Positions 36,858 through 46,670 of a stretch of 64,000 nt of DNA are shown here, piece by piece. Made by a program: the position numbers and the translations under genes. The notes below the pieces were generated by a model, which was given only the letters and a program-made list of their open reading frames with translations, did not search any database and had not been told where the DNA came from. The stretch's first letter is position 1; each line of letters opens with the position of its first letter. The DNA is from an uncultured Candidatus Saccharibacteria bacterium (GTDB lineage Bacteria; Patescibacteriota; Minisyncoccia; Phycocordibacterales; Zambryskibacteraceae), in the NCBI GenBank assembly GCA_964446535.1, contig CAYUOR010000001.1, positions 7,283 through 71,282 on the forward strand, in the 5' to 3' direction.

Positions 36858-37780
36858 ATACTGAATTTTGTTACCGAATAAAGTGAGTCGTCATCTTCGG
36901 CAAGAATTTTTTCCTCTTCTGTTAGGGGCAGGGCGTCCTCCACTTTCAGTTCTGTTTTTTCACCCTCAGCCGCAATGCGCTCAAGAAGTGCTCGTAAATC
37001 ATCCTTGTTAAAAAAATCTATCGTAACCCTGCCGCCCTCATCCTTCTTTTCAATCCTGACTCGAGTGCCAAGTTTTTCTTTAAACTGATCCTCTATTTCG
37101 ATAAGCTCTTGATCTATAAGTTTTCTCGCACGCTCCACCGCGATGTGGCGTGCTATATTCTCTGCCTCACGAACATTAAGCTTTTTAAATACTATTTCTT
37201 TAAAAAGGGTTTCCTGCTCTTCAGGTCGGTCTATAAGCATCATCAATGGTCTCGTGTGACCTTCGGTAATCTTGTTTGCTGACAAGGCTTCAAGAATATA
37301 TTCGGGAAGCGAGAGAAGGCGTAGGGAGTTTGAAACATACTCACGGCTTTTTCCCACCTTCTTGCCTATCTCATGATGCTTAAAGTTAAATTCTTTGACC
37401 AGGCGATCAAACGCTCGGGCGCGATCAACGGGACTCAAATCCTCCCTCTGAATGTTCTCAATTATGGCAAGCTCAAGTTTCATCAAATCCGTCTCCTCGC
37501 CAGTGCGAATAAGAACGGGAACCTGATTGAGCCCGGCGAGCCGCGCCGCGCGTAGACGTCGCTCTCCCGCTATAAGCTCATACTCAACCCCCAGACCTCC
37601 GTCATCTTTAGTAAGCTCCTTTCTCGTGACGACGAGCGCTTGTAAGACGCCATATTGCCTGATGGAATCGGCGAGGTTTCGGAGTTGTACCTCGTCAAAT
37701 TCTCGGCGAGGTTGATACGGGTTTGGTTTGATTTTATCCACCTCCACCCAAAAAACGGAGTCGTTATAGAATCGCGACAT
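36854..37780 (-). CDS. parB: ParB/Spo0J-family partition/nucleoid-occlusion protein (no adjacent parA)
   Basis: ParB box GERRLRAA, HTH region, C-terminal dimerization region. An extended -10 TGaTAAAAT lies 6 nt upstream of the ATG. Confidence 0.8.
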   Translation of the reverse strand: MSRFYNDSVFWVEVDKIKPNPYQPRREFDEVQLRNLADSIRQYGVLQALVVTRKELTKDDGGLGVEYELIAGERRLRAARLAGLNQVPVLIRTGEETDLMKLELAIIENIQREDLSPVDRARAFDRLVKEFNFKHHEIGKKVGKSREYVSNSLRLLSLPEYILEALSANKITEGHTRPLMMLIDRPEEQETLFKEIVFKKLNVREAENIARHIAVERARKLIDQELIEIEDQFKEKLGTRVRIEKKDEGGRVTIDFFNKDDLRALLERIAAEGEKTELKVEDALPLTEEEKILAEDDDSLYSVTKFSI

Positions 37781-37809
37781 AGGTCAATTTTATCACAGGA
37801 AATAAGGTT

Positions 37810-37890
37810 GTGGGCGAGGAGGGACTTGAACCCTCACCTCTTGCGAGACACGATTTTGAGTCGTGCGCGTCTGCCATTCCGCCACTCGCC
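37810..37890 (-). tRNA. tRNA-Leu (anticodon CAA)
   Basis: 81 nt type-II tRNA: GGGCGAGTGGCGGAATGGCAGACGCGCACGACTCAAAATCGTGTCTCGCAAGAGGTGAGGGTTCAAGTCCCTCCTCGCCCA. Long variable arm. Confidence 0.85.
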
Positions 37891-37939
37891 CATCTCGACT
37901 AATATAACCGAAAACAAAATAATTTTCCCGAGCGTTATG

Positions 37940-37945
37940 TATAAT
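37940..37945 (+). promoter_or_regulatory. TATAAT -10 hexamer 7 nt upstream of the P-type ATPase ATG (leaderless-type)
   Basis: atgTATAATaggaaaaATG. Confidence 0.35.
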
Positions 37946-37952
37946 AGGAAAA

Positions 37953-40664
37953 ATGGAGAAACTCTTAGAAACCAAGTGGCACGCCCTTGAGACGGATGAA
38001 GTGTTTAAAATTCTCAAGTCGAATTCTCTCGGTATAAGTGAAAAGGAGGCCCAGGAGAGGAAAAAAATCTATGGCGAAAACAAATTGCCCGAAGCCAAGG
38101 TCGATAGCGTCCTTACCATATTCCTGCGCCAGTTTGAAAGTCCGTTAATTTACATTTTACTGGCGGCAGCGGTAACGGTTATCGCCATGGGTGACTATAC
38201 CGATGGCATTATGATTGGGATTGTCCTTCTTCTAAATGCGGTCGTCGGCGCCATTCAGGAAGGTCGGGCCCGTAACACCCTGCATGCCCTTGAGAGATTT
38301 GTTGAAACTAAGGCCGTGGTTATCCGTGACGGCGTAGAGATAATTATTCCGGACACACAGCTTGTCCCGGGAGATATTATCGTTCTTCAGGAAGGTGAAA
38401 AAGTTGCTGCAGACGCGCGTGTTACGAGTGAGAGAAGTCTAAAGGTAAATGAGTCCGCTCTAACGGGCGAATCCGAGTCGGTATTTAAACAAAGAGGGGT
38501 GATCAAGGGTGACACTATCGGAATCCAGGAACAAAAAAATATGCTCTTCAGGGGCACGGGGGTGGTTTCCGGACACGGTACAGCTCTGGTGGTGAGAACC
38601 GGTATTGATACTGAAATCGGCAAAATCGCGAAAGAAATTTCAGCCATAGATACGGAAATTCCTTTAAAAACCGACATACGTCGCCTTTCAAGAATTATTA
38701 TCGCGGCAGCGCTCGGCATTAGCACTTTGCTCTTCATCTTTGGTATTTCAACTGGCAGAGAAGTCGCCGACATGTTCGCGACTGTTGTCTCGGTTATGGT
38801 CTCTGTTATACCCGAAGGTCTACCTATAGCTATCACGGTAATTTTAGCGGCTGGCGTTTGGAGAATGAGTAAACGCAATGCCCTGATAAAACGTCTGCAG
38901 GCGGTTGAAGCTCTTGGTCAGGCGGACGTTATCGCGGTTGATAAAACAGGCACCATAACCAAAAACGAGATGACGGCTCAGGTGGTTTTCGTTGGCGGGA
39001 AAATATTTGAAATCGGAGGACTTGGCTACGAGCCAAAAGGCAAGATAACACAAGAAGGGATTGAAGTATCTGCGACAGAGCATCCCGAGCTCGTCCTTCT
39101 CGGCAAATTATCCGCACTTTGTAATAGTGCACGAATATTTCGTAACAACGAGACTAACACTTGGAAAGTTTCCGGCGATCCGACAGAAGCGGCCATTGCG
39201 GTTTTTGCCGAGAAACTGGGATTTAACAAGGATGCTCTAGAAACCGAGTCTCCTCTAATCTCAGAGATGCCATTCGATTATCACTTGAAATACCGAGCCA
39301 GCTTGCACAATGATAAAAATGAAAAGATTCTTGCGGTAATTGGCGCACCAGAAGTGTTAATAGAGCTCTCGGACAGAATTTACGAAAATAATGAAGCAAA
39401 GAAATTCGATGAGAAAGAAAGAGTGTCTAACATTGTGCGCGATCTTTCTAAAAAAGGATTGCGGGTTCTGGCTGTTGCTAAAAGCTCTCTAAACACCGAC
39501 GACCTTGATGAAGCTAAGGTAAAGAATTTAGTATTTATCGGTCTTATTGGTATTAGAGACACTCTTAGACCTGAGGCAAAGGGGGCGGCGGAACTAGCCC
39601 AGAGGGCGGGTGTCAGAGTCGTTATGATAACGGGTGATCATAAGATTACTGCCGAGGCCATAGCGGAAGAGGCCGCAATATATAAAAGCGGAGACAGGGT
39701 TCTGACGGGGGTTGAAATTGACGGCATGTCGGATAAAACATTGAAAGAAACACTGAAAAATGTTTCTGTTTTTGCGCGTGTTACCCCCGAGCATAAGATG
39801 AGAATTATTAACGCTTTCAAATCGGATGGAAAAATTATTGCCATGACCGGAGACGGCGTAAATGATGCTCCTTCTCTTGTCACCGCCGACCTTGGGGTTG
39901 CTATGGGCAAGGTTGGTACGGAGGTGGCGAAAGAGGCGTCTGATATTGTGCTTCTTGATGACAACTTTTCAAGCATTATTTCAGCGGTAGAAGAAGGTCG
40001 CAATATCTATAAAACCATAAAGAAAGTGGTTTTATATCTACTCTCCACCAGTATTGGGGAAATCCTTGTTATCACCTCGGCAATTGTGGCTGGGCTTCCT
40101 CTACCGCTTCTTCCGACGCAAATCATCTGGCTAAACTTCGTCACAGACGGATTCTTCACCGTGGCACTCGCCATGGAGCCGAGAGAAAAAAATCTCTTAA
40201 CAAAACTCAAGCGTCCTGGAAAATATATAGTGGACGCCTTGATGGCGAAAAGAATGATCTTCATGGCGCTACCTATGACCGTGGTTGGACTCTTTATTTT
40301 CCAGAGCTATCTGGAATCCGATCTGGCCAAGGCCTGGACGATGTCGCTTACGGTGCTGGCCGTCTTTCAGTGGTTTAATGCATGGAATTGTCGGTCGGAG
40401 ACAAAATCAGTCTTTACCACTAATCCTTTTGAAAATATCTGGATGGTGGGAGCAACACTACTCGCTTTCGGATTCCAGCTCTTGGCGGTTTATAATCCCC
40501 TTTTCCAAAAGTTTCTGCATACTGTTCCCTTAAGCTTGAATGAATGGCTTATTGTAATTCTTTCGGCTTCTACAGTCATCTTCTCTGAAGAAATCAGAAA
40601 ACTTTTTACAGAGAAACGCTCTACCAATACAGACTCTCAGAAACTACAAACAGCAACGAGCTAA
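37953..40664 (+). CDS. P-type cation-transporting ATPase (type IIA, Ca2+-ATPase-like)
   Basis: DKTGTIT phosphorylation site, TGDGVNDAP hinge, TGES actuator motif, 10 TM helices; 903 aa. Confidence 0.9.
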   Translation: MEKLLETKWHALETDEVFKILKSNSLGISEKEAQERKKIYGENKLPEAKVDSVLTIFLRQFESPLIYILLAAAVTVIAMGDYTDGIMIGIVLLLNAVVGAIQEGRARNTLHALERFVETKAVVIRDGVEIIIPDTQLVPGDIIVLQEGEKVAADARVTSERSLKVNESALTGESESVFKQRGVIKGDTIGIQEQKNMLFRGTGVVSGHGTALVVRTGIDTEIGKIAKEISAIDTEIPLKTDIRRLSRIIIAAALGISTLLFIFGISTGREVADMFATVVSVMVSVIPEGLPIAITVILAAGVWRMSKRNALIKRLQAVEALGQADVIAVDKTGTITKNEMTAQVVFVGGKIFEIGGLGYEPKGKITQEGIEVSATEHPELVLLGKLSALCNSARIFRNNETNTWKVSGDPTEAAIAVFAEKLGFNKDALETESPLISEMPFDYHLKYRASLHNDKNEKILAVIGAPEVLIELSDRIYENNEAKKFDEKERVSNIVRDLSKKGLRVLAVAKSSLNTDDLDEAKVKNLVFIGLIGIRDTLRPEAKGAAELAQRAGVRVVMITGDHKITAEAIAEEAAIYKSGDRVLTGVEIDGMSDKTLKETLKNVSVFARVTPEHKMRIINAFKSDGKIIAMTGDGVNDAPSLVTADLGVAMGKVGTEVAKEASDIVLLDDNFSSIISAVEEGRNIYKTIKKVVLYLLSTSIGEILVITSAIVAGLPLPLLPTQIIWLNFVTDGFFTVALAMEPREKNLLTKLKRPGKYIVDALMAKRMIFMALPMTVVGLFIFQSYLESDLAKAWTMSLTVLAVFQWFNAWNCRSETKSVFTTNPFENIWMVGATLLAFGFQLLAVYNPLFQKFLHTVPLSLNEWLIVILSASTVIFSEEIRKLFTEKRSTNTDSQKLQTATS

Positions 40665-40665
40665 A

Positions 40666-41532
40666 ATGAGTAAAAAAATTTTGGTTATAGTGGGGCCAAC
40701 GGCTTCGGGAAAAAGTGGTCTGGCGGTACGACTTGCCAAAAAGTTTGGTGGAGAAATTATCTCGGCTGATTCACGGCAGGTTTATAAGAATCTCGATATC
40801 GGAACAGGAAAAATTACAAAAAAAGAAATGCAGGGTGTGCCACACCATCTTCTTGATGTAGTCGATCCAAGAAAACAATTTTCGGTTTCGGAGTATAAGA
40901 AACTGGCGGTGAAAAAAATAGAGAAGATTAAACTTCCTATTATTGTCGGTGGCACCGGATTTTACATAGACGCCGTTGCTCGAAGAACGGATTTTCCCGA
41001 CATACCTCCCAACAAAAAGTTGCGCAATAAACTTAATAAAAAAACAGAAGCAGAGTTATTTAAAATGCTTCAAAAGAAAGATCCGAGGCGAGCAAAGAAT
41101 ATAGACAGATACAATAAAGTGCGTCTGATCAGAGCGCTTGAGATTGTTGGTGCGTTAGGTGGGGTTCCGAAGTTAAAATTAAAGAAAAATAAAAATTTTA
41201 TTTATATCGGGCTAAGGCCGATTGATCTTAAAAAGCGCATAAAAATAAGATTGCTTAAACGTCTATCCGGAATGATTAAGGAGGCAGAGAAACTTAGGCG
41301 CAACGGACTCTCCTATAAAAGGATGCATGAGCTGGGACTTGAATATCGTTTCCTCGCTTTATATCTCAAAGGAAGACTCTCTAAAAAAGAGTTTGTGGAG
41401 AGGTTAAACACGGCTATTGATCAATATGCGAAGCGACAAATGACCTGGTTTAAGCGTAATAAAGAAATAGTGTGGTTTGAGCCAGAAGAATACGAAAAAA
41501 TAGAAAGATACGTTAAACGTATGGTAGGATAG
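40666..41532 (+). CDS. miaA: tRNA dimethylallyltransferase
   Basis: P-loop GPTASGKS and the DSRQVYK motif; 2 nt after the ATPase stop. Confidence 0.85.
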   Translation: MSKKILVIVGPTASGKSGLAVRLAKKFGGEIISADSRQVYKNLDIGTGKITKKEMQGVPHHLLDVVDPRKQFSVSEYKKLAVKKIEKIKLPIIVGGTGFYIDAVARRTDFPDIPPNKKLRNKLNKKTEAELFKMLQKKDPRRAKNIDRYNKVRLIRALEIVGALGGVPKLKLKKNKNFIYIGLRPIDLKKRIKIRLLKRLSGMIKEAEKLRRNGLSYKRMHELGLEYRFLALYLKGRLSKKEFVERLNTAIDQYAKRQMTWFKRNKEIVWFEPEEYEKIERYVKRMVG

Positions 41533-41541
41533 CGCTCTATA

Positions 41542-41612
41542 GGGCGATTAGTTAAGTGGTATAACTTCGGTCTCCAAAACCGATGTCGGGGGTTCGATTC
41601 CCTCATCGCCCG
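41542..41612 (+). tRNA. tRNA-Trp (anticodon CCA)
   Basis: GGGCGATTAGTTAAGTGGTATAACTTCGGTCTCCAAAACCGATGTCGGGGGTTCGATTCCCTCATCGCCCG. Anticodon loop CTCCAAA. Confidence 0.85.
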
Positions 41613-41620
41613 CCGAAGAT

Positions 41621-41794
41621 CTAAGCCTTTTTCTCCTTGTAGACTGTGTGTTTTCGGGCTATCGGATTGTATTTTTTAAACTCCAGTTTGCGCTCTACAG
41701 ATTTCCTATTCTTGCGCGAGTAATAGACGTGGCCCTTGCCCACACCTTTTTCGTCTCCTTGAGAGACAAACTTTATTAGATGGTCTTGCGACAT
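41621..41794 (-). CDS. rpmG: 50S ribosomal protein L33 (Cys-less form)
   Basis: GKGHVYYSRKNRKSVERKLEFKKYNPIARKHTVYKEKK matches the L33 C-terminal signature. Start taken at the internal ATG (MSQDHLIKF...), 57 aa. Confidence 0.75.
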   Translation of the reverse strand: MSQDHLIKFVSQGDEKGVGKGHVYYSRKNRKSVERKLEFKKYNPIARKHTVYKEKKA

Positions 41795-41831
41795 GAGGGC
41801 TAGGATACAGGGAAATGCACTCTTTGGCAAG

Positions 41832-42665
41832 CTAACTTTGTCCGATATATTCGGCGTATTTTTCTATAATATCTCTCGTAACGGGACCAGCCTTCCCACT
41901 TCCTATTTCGTATTCATCTATCTTAACTATCGGTACAATATCCTTGAACGAGGCGGTTATAAATATTTCGTCAGCGGATTTTAATTCTGTCATCACAACT
42001 TCCCTTTCTTCGATTTGATAAGTGCCGTTCGTGAGTTCCAAAACTATTTTTCTCGTCACCCCCTCAAGAATGTTTTTATGCGGAGTTATAAGCGTGTTAT
42101 TTTTTACAAGAAAAATGTTGCTTGTTGCGCATTCCGAAACCTTATTTTTAGACACATATAAAATTTCGAGAGCATCTTCTTTCTTTTTCTTCTCTTGGAG
42201 AGATACGGCTCTAATGTAGTTTGTCGTCTTAACTTCCGGCATCTCGCGCAGATACTCGTGGGTTATAAGTTTGGCACCTTTTTGGTAATTCCCTTCAGGC
42301 AACTTTGACCACTCCTCAATGAGTATATAAAAGGTGGGTTTGGTAGGATTAAAGTCTATGCCGCCAAGAGTCTCTCCGCCGGTTAAAATTACTCTCACGT
42401 TCGCTCGCCTCTTAAGTCCGGACTTCTCGCTTATTTCTCCGATGATTTGACCGGCTTCCTTGGCGTTTATCGGCACTTTAAGACCTAAAATCTTTGCTCC
42501 TCCTTCAAGTCTCTGCCAATGGTCAGCAAGGCGCAGAGGTCTGCCTCCGAAAACGGCAATCGCTTCGTAGAGACCAAACCCCCGCATGAGTCCGATGTCA
42601 GAAATAGAAACTTTTGCCTCCTCTATAGGCAAAACTTGTCCGTCAAAATAAGCGAATCGTTTCAT
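41832..42665 (-). CDS. Class IV aminotransferase (branched-chain amino acid / D-amino acid aminotransferase family)
   Basis: Fold-type IV PLP enzyme motifs (GFGLYEAI; catalytic Lys region; SECATSNIFLVKNNTLITP). Confidence 0.7.
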   Translation of the reverse strand: MKRFAYFDGQVLPIEEAKVSISDIGLMRGFGLYEAIAVFGGRPLRLADHWQRLEGGAKILGLKVPINAKEAGQIIGEISEKSGLKRRANVRVILTGGETLGGIDFNPTKPTFYILIEEWSKLPEGNYQKGAKLITHEYLREMPEVKTTNYIRAVSLQEKKKKEDALEILYVSKNKVSECATSNIFLVKNNTLITPHKNILEGVTRKIVLELTNGTYQIEEREVVMTELKSADEIFITASFKDIVPIVKIDEYEIGSGKAGPVTRDIIEKYAEYIGQS

Positions 42666-42687
42666 TATTAATTGAGAGAAATTATAT

Positions 42688-42706
42688 CCTGCCTGCGCAG
42701 GCAGGC
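42688..42706. repeat. Perfect palindrome CCTGCCTGCGCAGGCAGGC, copy 1 (divergent promoter region)
   Basis: The identical 19-mer recurs at 47973..47991. This copy is followed by a second palindrome, GGCAAATTTGCC. Confidence 0.5.
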
Positions 42707-42753
42707 AAATTTGCCTTTAGATGCTTGCTCTAGTAGAGTAAAAATACTTTTTT

Positions 42754-43620
42754 ATGTCTAAACAGAAACTAATCCTTGTCACTGGTGGCGCCGGATTCGT
42801 CGGCTCTCATCTCTGTGAACGGCTTGCTAAGGATGGGCAGAGGGTGATCTCGCTAGATAACTACTTTACCGGCAGTAAAGATAACCACGTCACGGGAGTT
42901 GAATATCGCGAAGGCCATACGAAGGATATTGAAAAACATATTAAAGAAAGGCCGGATTTGATATATCATTTGGGAGAATATTCGCGGGTTGAAAAGAGCT
43001 TTGACGACACGGCGCTGGTCTGGGATTTAAACAAGACAGGCACTTTTGCCGTTCTAGAATTCTGTCGTAAGCATAAAATCAAGCTGGTTTATGCGGGTTC
43101 TTCGACAAAATTCGGTGACGGTGGACTTGGACGTGATCAGAGTCCTTACGCCTGGACCAAAGCAAGTAATACAGAGCTTGTGAGAAATTACGGCCACTGG
43201 TTTGGTCTACCTTATGCCATAACCTACTTTTACAATGTATATGGTCCCAGAGAGATTTCGCAGGGCGCTTATGCGACGGTAATTGGTATCTTTAAAGAAC
43301 AATTTAAAAACGGAAAATCAATAACTGTCGTAAGGCCGGGTACGCAAAAACGAAATTTTACCCATGTCGAAGACATTGTTGAAGGACTGGTTCTTGTTGG
43401 CGAAAAAGGAGAGGGGGACGATTTCGGTATCGGGTCAGAAAAAAATTATAGTATTATCGAGGTCGCAAAAATGTTTGGCGAAGAGATTAATATGCTGCCG
43501 GAAAGAGCTGGTAACAGAATGGAGTCATCCATAGATACCGCCAAGACCAAGAAGCTTGGTTGGAAAGCTAAAAAAGAGCTTGAGGAATACATAAAAAATT
43601 TTAAAAGAGGGAAAAAATAG
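42754..43620 (+). CDS. NAD-dependent epimerase/dehydratase (extended SDR, UDP-sugar 4-epimerase/decarboxylase-like)
   Basis: Rossmann motif GGAGFVGSH and the YxxxK catalytic pair (YAWTKASNTELVRNY). Confidence 0.8.
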   Translation: MSKQKLILVTGGAGFVGSHLCERLAKDGQRVISLDNYFTGSKDNHVTGVEYREGHTKDIEKHIKERPDLIYHLGEYSRVEKSFDDTALVWDLNKTGTFAVLEFCRKHKIKLVYAGSSTKFGDGGLGRDQSPYAWTKASNTELVRNYGHWFGLPYAITYFYNVYGPREISQGAYATVIGIFKEQFKNGKSITVVRPGTQKRNFTHVEDIVEGLVLVGEKGEGDDFGIGSEKNYSIIEVAKMFGEEINMLPERAGNRMESSIDTAKTKKLGWKAKKELEEYIKNFKRGKK

Positions 43621-43627
43621 GAAAGAA

Positions 43628-43655
43628 AAAGGCGCCTCTAGTGGAGGCGCCTTTA
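43628..43655. terminator. Bidirectional rho-independent terminator
   Basis: AAAGGCGCCTC-tagtg-GAGGCGCCTTT flanked by A/T runs, between convergent genes. Confidence 0.5.
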
Positions 43656-44282
43656 TTTAAGAATGTCATAGGCACGGAACTCTTGTTCCAAAGAACTGAT
43701 TTCATGGTGGAAACCGTGATAGACAATGCCGTGCCCACCGATATTTCTCCAGCCGTTAATATTCGTCTCGTAGTCGTCGACAAGAATCGACTGGTCCGAG
43801 CGGACACCAGCGAGCTTGAGCGCGTACTCATAGATGCACGGATCCGGTTTTGAAGCCCGTACCCGATACGAGAGGATATGGCGCTCGGCGGGAATGTGCT
43901 TGAAGAGGAATGGGTGCTTCTTGAAATAGTTTTCGTAGTGCACCTCGTTGGTGTTAGACAAAAGGTACATTACGACATCACTTCGCACCTTTTCGAGAAG
44001 CGTGTTGAGTCCGGCGATATCCTCGAAGAAGATATCGGTGTAATACTCCTCGAATAGTTCTTTCGAGATTTCGATACCGGTTCTCGCCGTAAATTCACGG
44101 TGATACTCGTCGGGCGAAATGTCTCCACGGTCGAACGCTCGATAAACCTCATTCTGTATAGAATTGAGTTCCCGAGCTGGGAGCTTCGTGTATCCGTCGC
44201 GAATGAGTCTTCTGTAAAAGAACTCCAGATGAAACGTTGAGAAAACGTTTCCGAAATCAAGAAACAGGGCTCTTATCAACAT
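43653..44282 (-). CDS. HAD superfamily (subfamily IA-like) hydrolase
   Basis: Motif I-like FLDFGNV, motif II LLSNTN, motif III K-PDP, motif IV VDDYETN. Confidence 0.6.
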   Translation of the reverse strand: MLIRALFLDFGNVFSTFHLEFFYRRLIRDGYTKLPARELNSIQNEVYRAFDRGDISPDEYHREFTARTGIEISKELFEEYYTDIFFEDIAGLNTLLEKVRSDVVMYLLSNTNEVHYENYFKKHPFLFKHIPAERHILSYRVRASKPDPCIYEYALKLAGVRSDQSILVDDYETNINGWRNIGGHGIVYHGFHHEISSLEQEFRAYDILK

Positions 44283-44344
44283 CTATATACTCTCCTAAAA
44301 TAACTTTGACCGAGGAAACCTTAACATATACTATTGAGTAGTCA

Positions 44345-45571
44345 ATGGCAAAAAAAATTCTAATATTTTCCCTTGCCTATTTTCCTAAACACGTCGGCGG
44401 AGCAGAAGTTGCTATTAAGGAGATTACGGACAGAATAGATCCAAGAGACTATGAGTTTCATATGATTTGTCTCCGTTTCGACAGCGGTCTGCCGAGAAAA
44501 GAAAAGGTGGGAAATGTTTTAGTCCACCGTATCGGCTTTAGTACCCCCTCGCCGACTATGGCTGATTTAAAGAAGTTTCCTTTGCACTTAAATAAGTTTC
44601 TCTTCCAGTTCCTAGCACCTTTCTATGCCCTTTGGCTTTCAAGGAAACACCGTTATGACGCTATCTGGGCCATGATGGCCCACTCTTGTGGTGTGCCTGC
44701 GGCTATATTCAAAATATTCTCTCCGAAAACACCCTACCTTCTGACTCTTCAAGAGGGCGATCCGATACCGGAAATTCTTGCGAAAGTACGCCCCGTTATG
44801 CCACTTTTCAAGAAAGCTTTCATGAAGGCAGACATGGTTCAGGCAATTTCACAGTATCTAGCCAAGTGGGCCCGTGATATGGGTTTCCAAGGGGCGTTAG
44901 AAGTCATTCCGAACGCCGTCAATGCCGCGCACTTCTCGCAAAACTATAGCGAACAGGAACTTAGTGAACTTAAGAAAAAGTTAGGGAAAAAAACAGGAGA
45001 CGTATTCGTCATAACAACTTCCCGTTTGGTTAAGAAAAATGCCTGCGACGATGTCATTCGCGCCCTTGCCCTTCTGCCAAAGAAATACCATTTTCTTATT
45101 CTCGGGACAGGCCCTGATGAAGATATGTTGAGAGCTTTGGCCCGCTCGAAGGATGTGGAATCAAGGGTGCACTTTCTGGGTCAGATCTCTCACTCGGATA
45201 TGCCGAAGTACCTGAAAGTCTCTGATGTCTTTATTCGCCCCTCACTTTCTGAAGGTATGGGAAATTCATTTATAGAAGCAATGGCTGCGGGGCTCCCCGT
45301 CGTGGCAACCCAGGTGGGCGGTATCGCCGACTTCCTCTTTGATCCGGAAAAGAATTCCGATAAGGCGCCCACGGGTAGAGCTGTACCACCAAGAGATCCT
45401 GAGGCTATAGCGCGAGCTATAAAACTATTTGAAAAAGAGAAAGAAAAGACTCAAGAGATTATAAGAGGCGCCGAGAAAATGGTGAAAGAAAAATACGACT
45501 GGAACCTGATTGCCCGAGACATGAAGGAGAAGGTTTTTGATAAACTTCTAGAGTCTGTCGCTAAAGTATAG
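44345..45571 (+). CDS. Glycosyltransferase family 4 (GT-B, group 1)
   Basis: E-x7-E-type C-terminal motif (EGMGNSFIEAMAAGLPVVAT). Confidence 0.8.
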   Translation: MAKKILIFSLAYFPKHVGGAEVAIKEITDRIDPRDYEFHMICLRFDSGLPRKEKVGNVLVHRIGFSTPSPTMADLKKFPLHLNKFLFQFLAPFYALWLSRKHRYDAIWAMMAHSCGVPAAIFKIFSPKTPYLLTLQEGDPIPEILAKVRPVMPLFKKAFMKADMVQAISQYLAKWARDMGFQGALEVIPNAVNAAHFSQNYSEQELSELKKKLGKKTGDVFVITTSRLVKKNACDDVIRALALLPKKYHFLILGTGPDEDMLRALARSKDVESRVHFLGQISHSDMPKYLKVSDVFIRPSLSEGMGNSFIEAMAAGLPVVATQVGGIADFLFDPEKNSDKAPTGRAVPPRDPEAIARAIKLFEKEKEKTQEIIRGAEKMVKEKYDWNLIARDMKEKVFDKLLESVAKV

Positions 45572-45850
45572 ATATAGAAGAAACCCCGAGACAAAAACGG
45601 CGAAAGTTCCAACCGTTTTAAAGAAAAAGGAGAGGGCTTCTTTCCTTTGATTATCAAGATGAAGCTCCAGGGGACGATAGACAAAAAGGTAGCCCATCAC
45701 TGCCGCGGAGAGAACAAAAAGAGAGAGCATCGTAATCGGTACGAAAATTGTCTCTCCGCGCTCATCGGGATTTATTTTAAACATAAGCGTTACCAGCAAA
45801 ACGATATACAAAGCGGCCAGTCCCGCATTTACAAACGGATTCTTGTTCAT
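45548..45850 (-). CDS. Hypothetical 3-TM membrane protein
   Basis: 100 aa, hydrophobic. Confidence 0.45.
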   Translation of the reverse strand: MNKNPFVNAGLAALYIVLLVTLMFKINPDERGETIFVPITMLSLFVLSAAVMGYLFVYRPLELHLDNQRKEALSFFFKTVGTFAVFVSGFLLYLYFSDRL

Positions 45851-45856
45851 TTTAAT

Positions 45857-46117
45857 TTATTCGGCAGAGTAAACCTCGGCACCCTCTTTGGCCTCACGAG
45901 AAGTCTTAACGGCAACTTCATCACCTTTTTTGCCAGACTTTACGGGCTTGTGATCAAGTTGCATGGAGGAAATAGTTTCGGAAAATTCTACGTCTCCTCG
46001 CTTGAATTTGACTTCATCTCCGACTTTAAGCGCCTTGCTAAGTTTTATAACCGCAACACTGATCTTGTCGTACCAGTGGCTCACTTCGCCAATTTTGTTG
46101 CTCTTCGCTTTTGGCAT
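45857..46117 (-). CDS. Hypothetical small soluble protein (Lys/Glu-rich beta-barrel-like)
   Basis: 86 aa; no confident family assignment. Confidence 0.4.
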   Translation of the reverse strand: MPKAKSNKIGEVSHWYDKISVAVIKLSKALKVGDEVKFKRGDVEFSETISSMQLDHKPVKSGKKGDEVAVKTSREAKEGAEVYSAE

Positions 46118-46205
46118 GCCTTAAATGCTACGCCGACAAAAAAGATTTGCAAGCATTAAAAAACCGCCCTAATCTCTCTAGATTTCGGGCGGTTTTGGGG
46201 TCTGG

Positions 46206-46520
46206 CTACCAGACAACGGAGGCGACGAGTCGTACGCGACCGGTGCGTTTGAGCGAGTCGTAGTAGCCGTCGAGGTACTTCGAGCCGATGCTTGAGCCGG
46301 GAGTGTGGAGAAGAATGCGCCACACCTGATAACTTCCGTCCTGCGGACCAATCTTTTTGATCTCTGCGCGGACGGCGTGATCTCTGATCTTGTCAGGTGC
46401 GTACCTCACTTTCACCCAGAACTGAATAAAAGCGGGTCGACCATCGTTCCAGGAGCGGAGACTCTCCACAAGCTCGTCTCTTGACGGGCCACTCACTATT
46501 TCGCTGATTGCTTCCGACAT
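46206..46520 (-). CDS. Hypothetical protein (higher-GC island)
   Basis: Start set at the ATG preceded by AGGAG (7-nt spacing): MSEAISEIVSGPSRDELVESL.... Confidence 0.5.
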   Translation of the reverse strand: MSEAISEIVSGPSRDELVESLRSWNDGRPAFIQFWVKVRYAPDKIRDHAVRAEIKKIGPQDGSYQVWRILLHTPGSSIGSKYLDGYYDSLKRTGRVRLVASVVW

Positions 46521-46628
46521 GCGGAAACTCCTTTTCTCAAAAAACAATTACCTCTTACAAGTATATCATATTCATTATTAATTGTCAATTTATGCATTAT
46601 AAAACCTATATTTTAAGCCAAAAAAATA

Positions 46629-46660
46629 AGGGTAGCCTGGCAATCCAGAGCTACCCTTTA
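46629..46660 (-). terminator. Rho-independent terminator after the P-loop kinase gene
   Basis: GGGTAGC-tctggattgccag-GCTACCC followed (minus strand) by TTATTTTTTTGG. Confidence 0.45.
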
Positions 46661-46670
46661 TGGTAATTCG

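Noticed and set aside
45647-46159. 170-aa plus-strand ORF
   Set aside because: It overlaps two minus-strand genes that have coherent hydrophobic or charged composition. It has no start signals and the translation is not protein-like.
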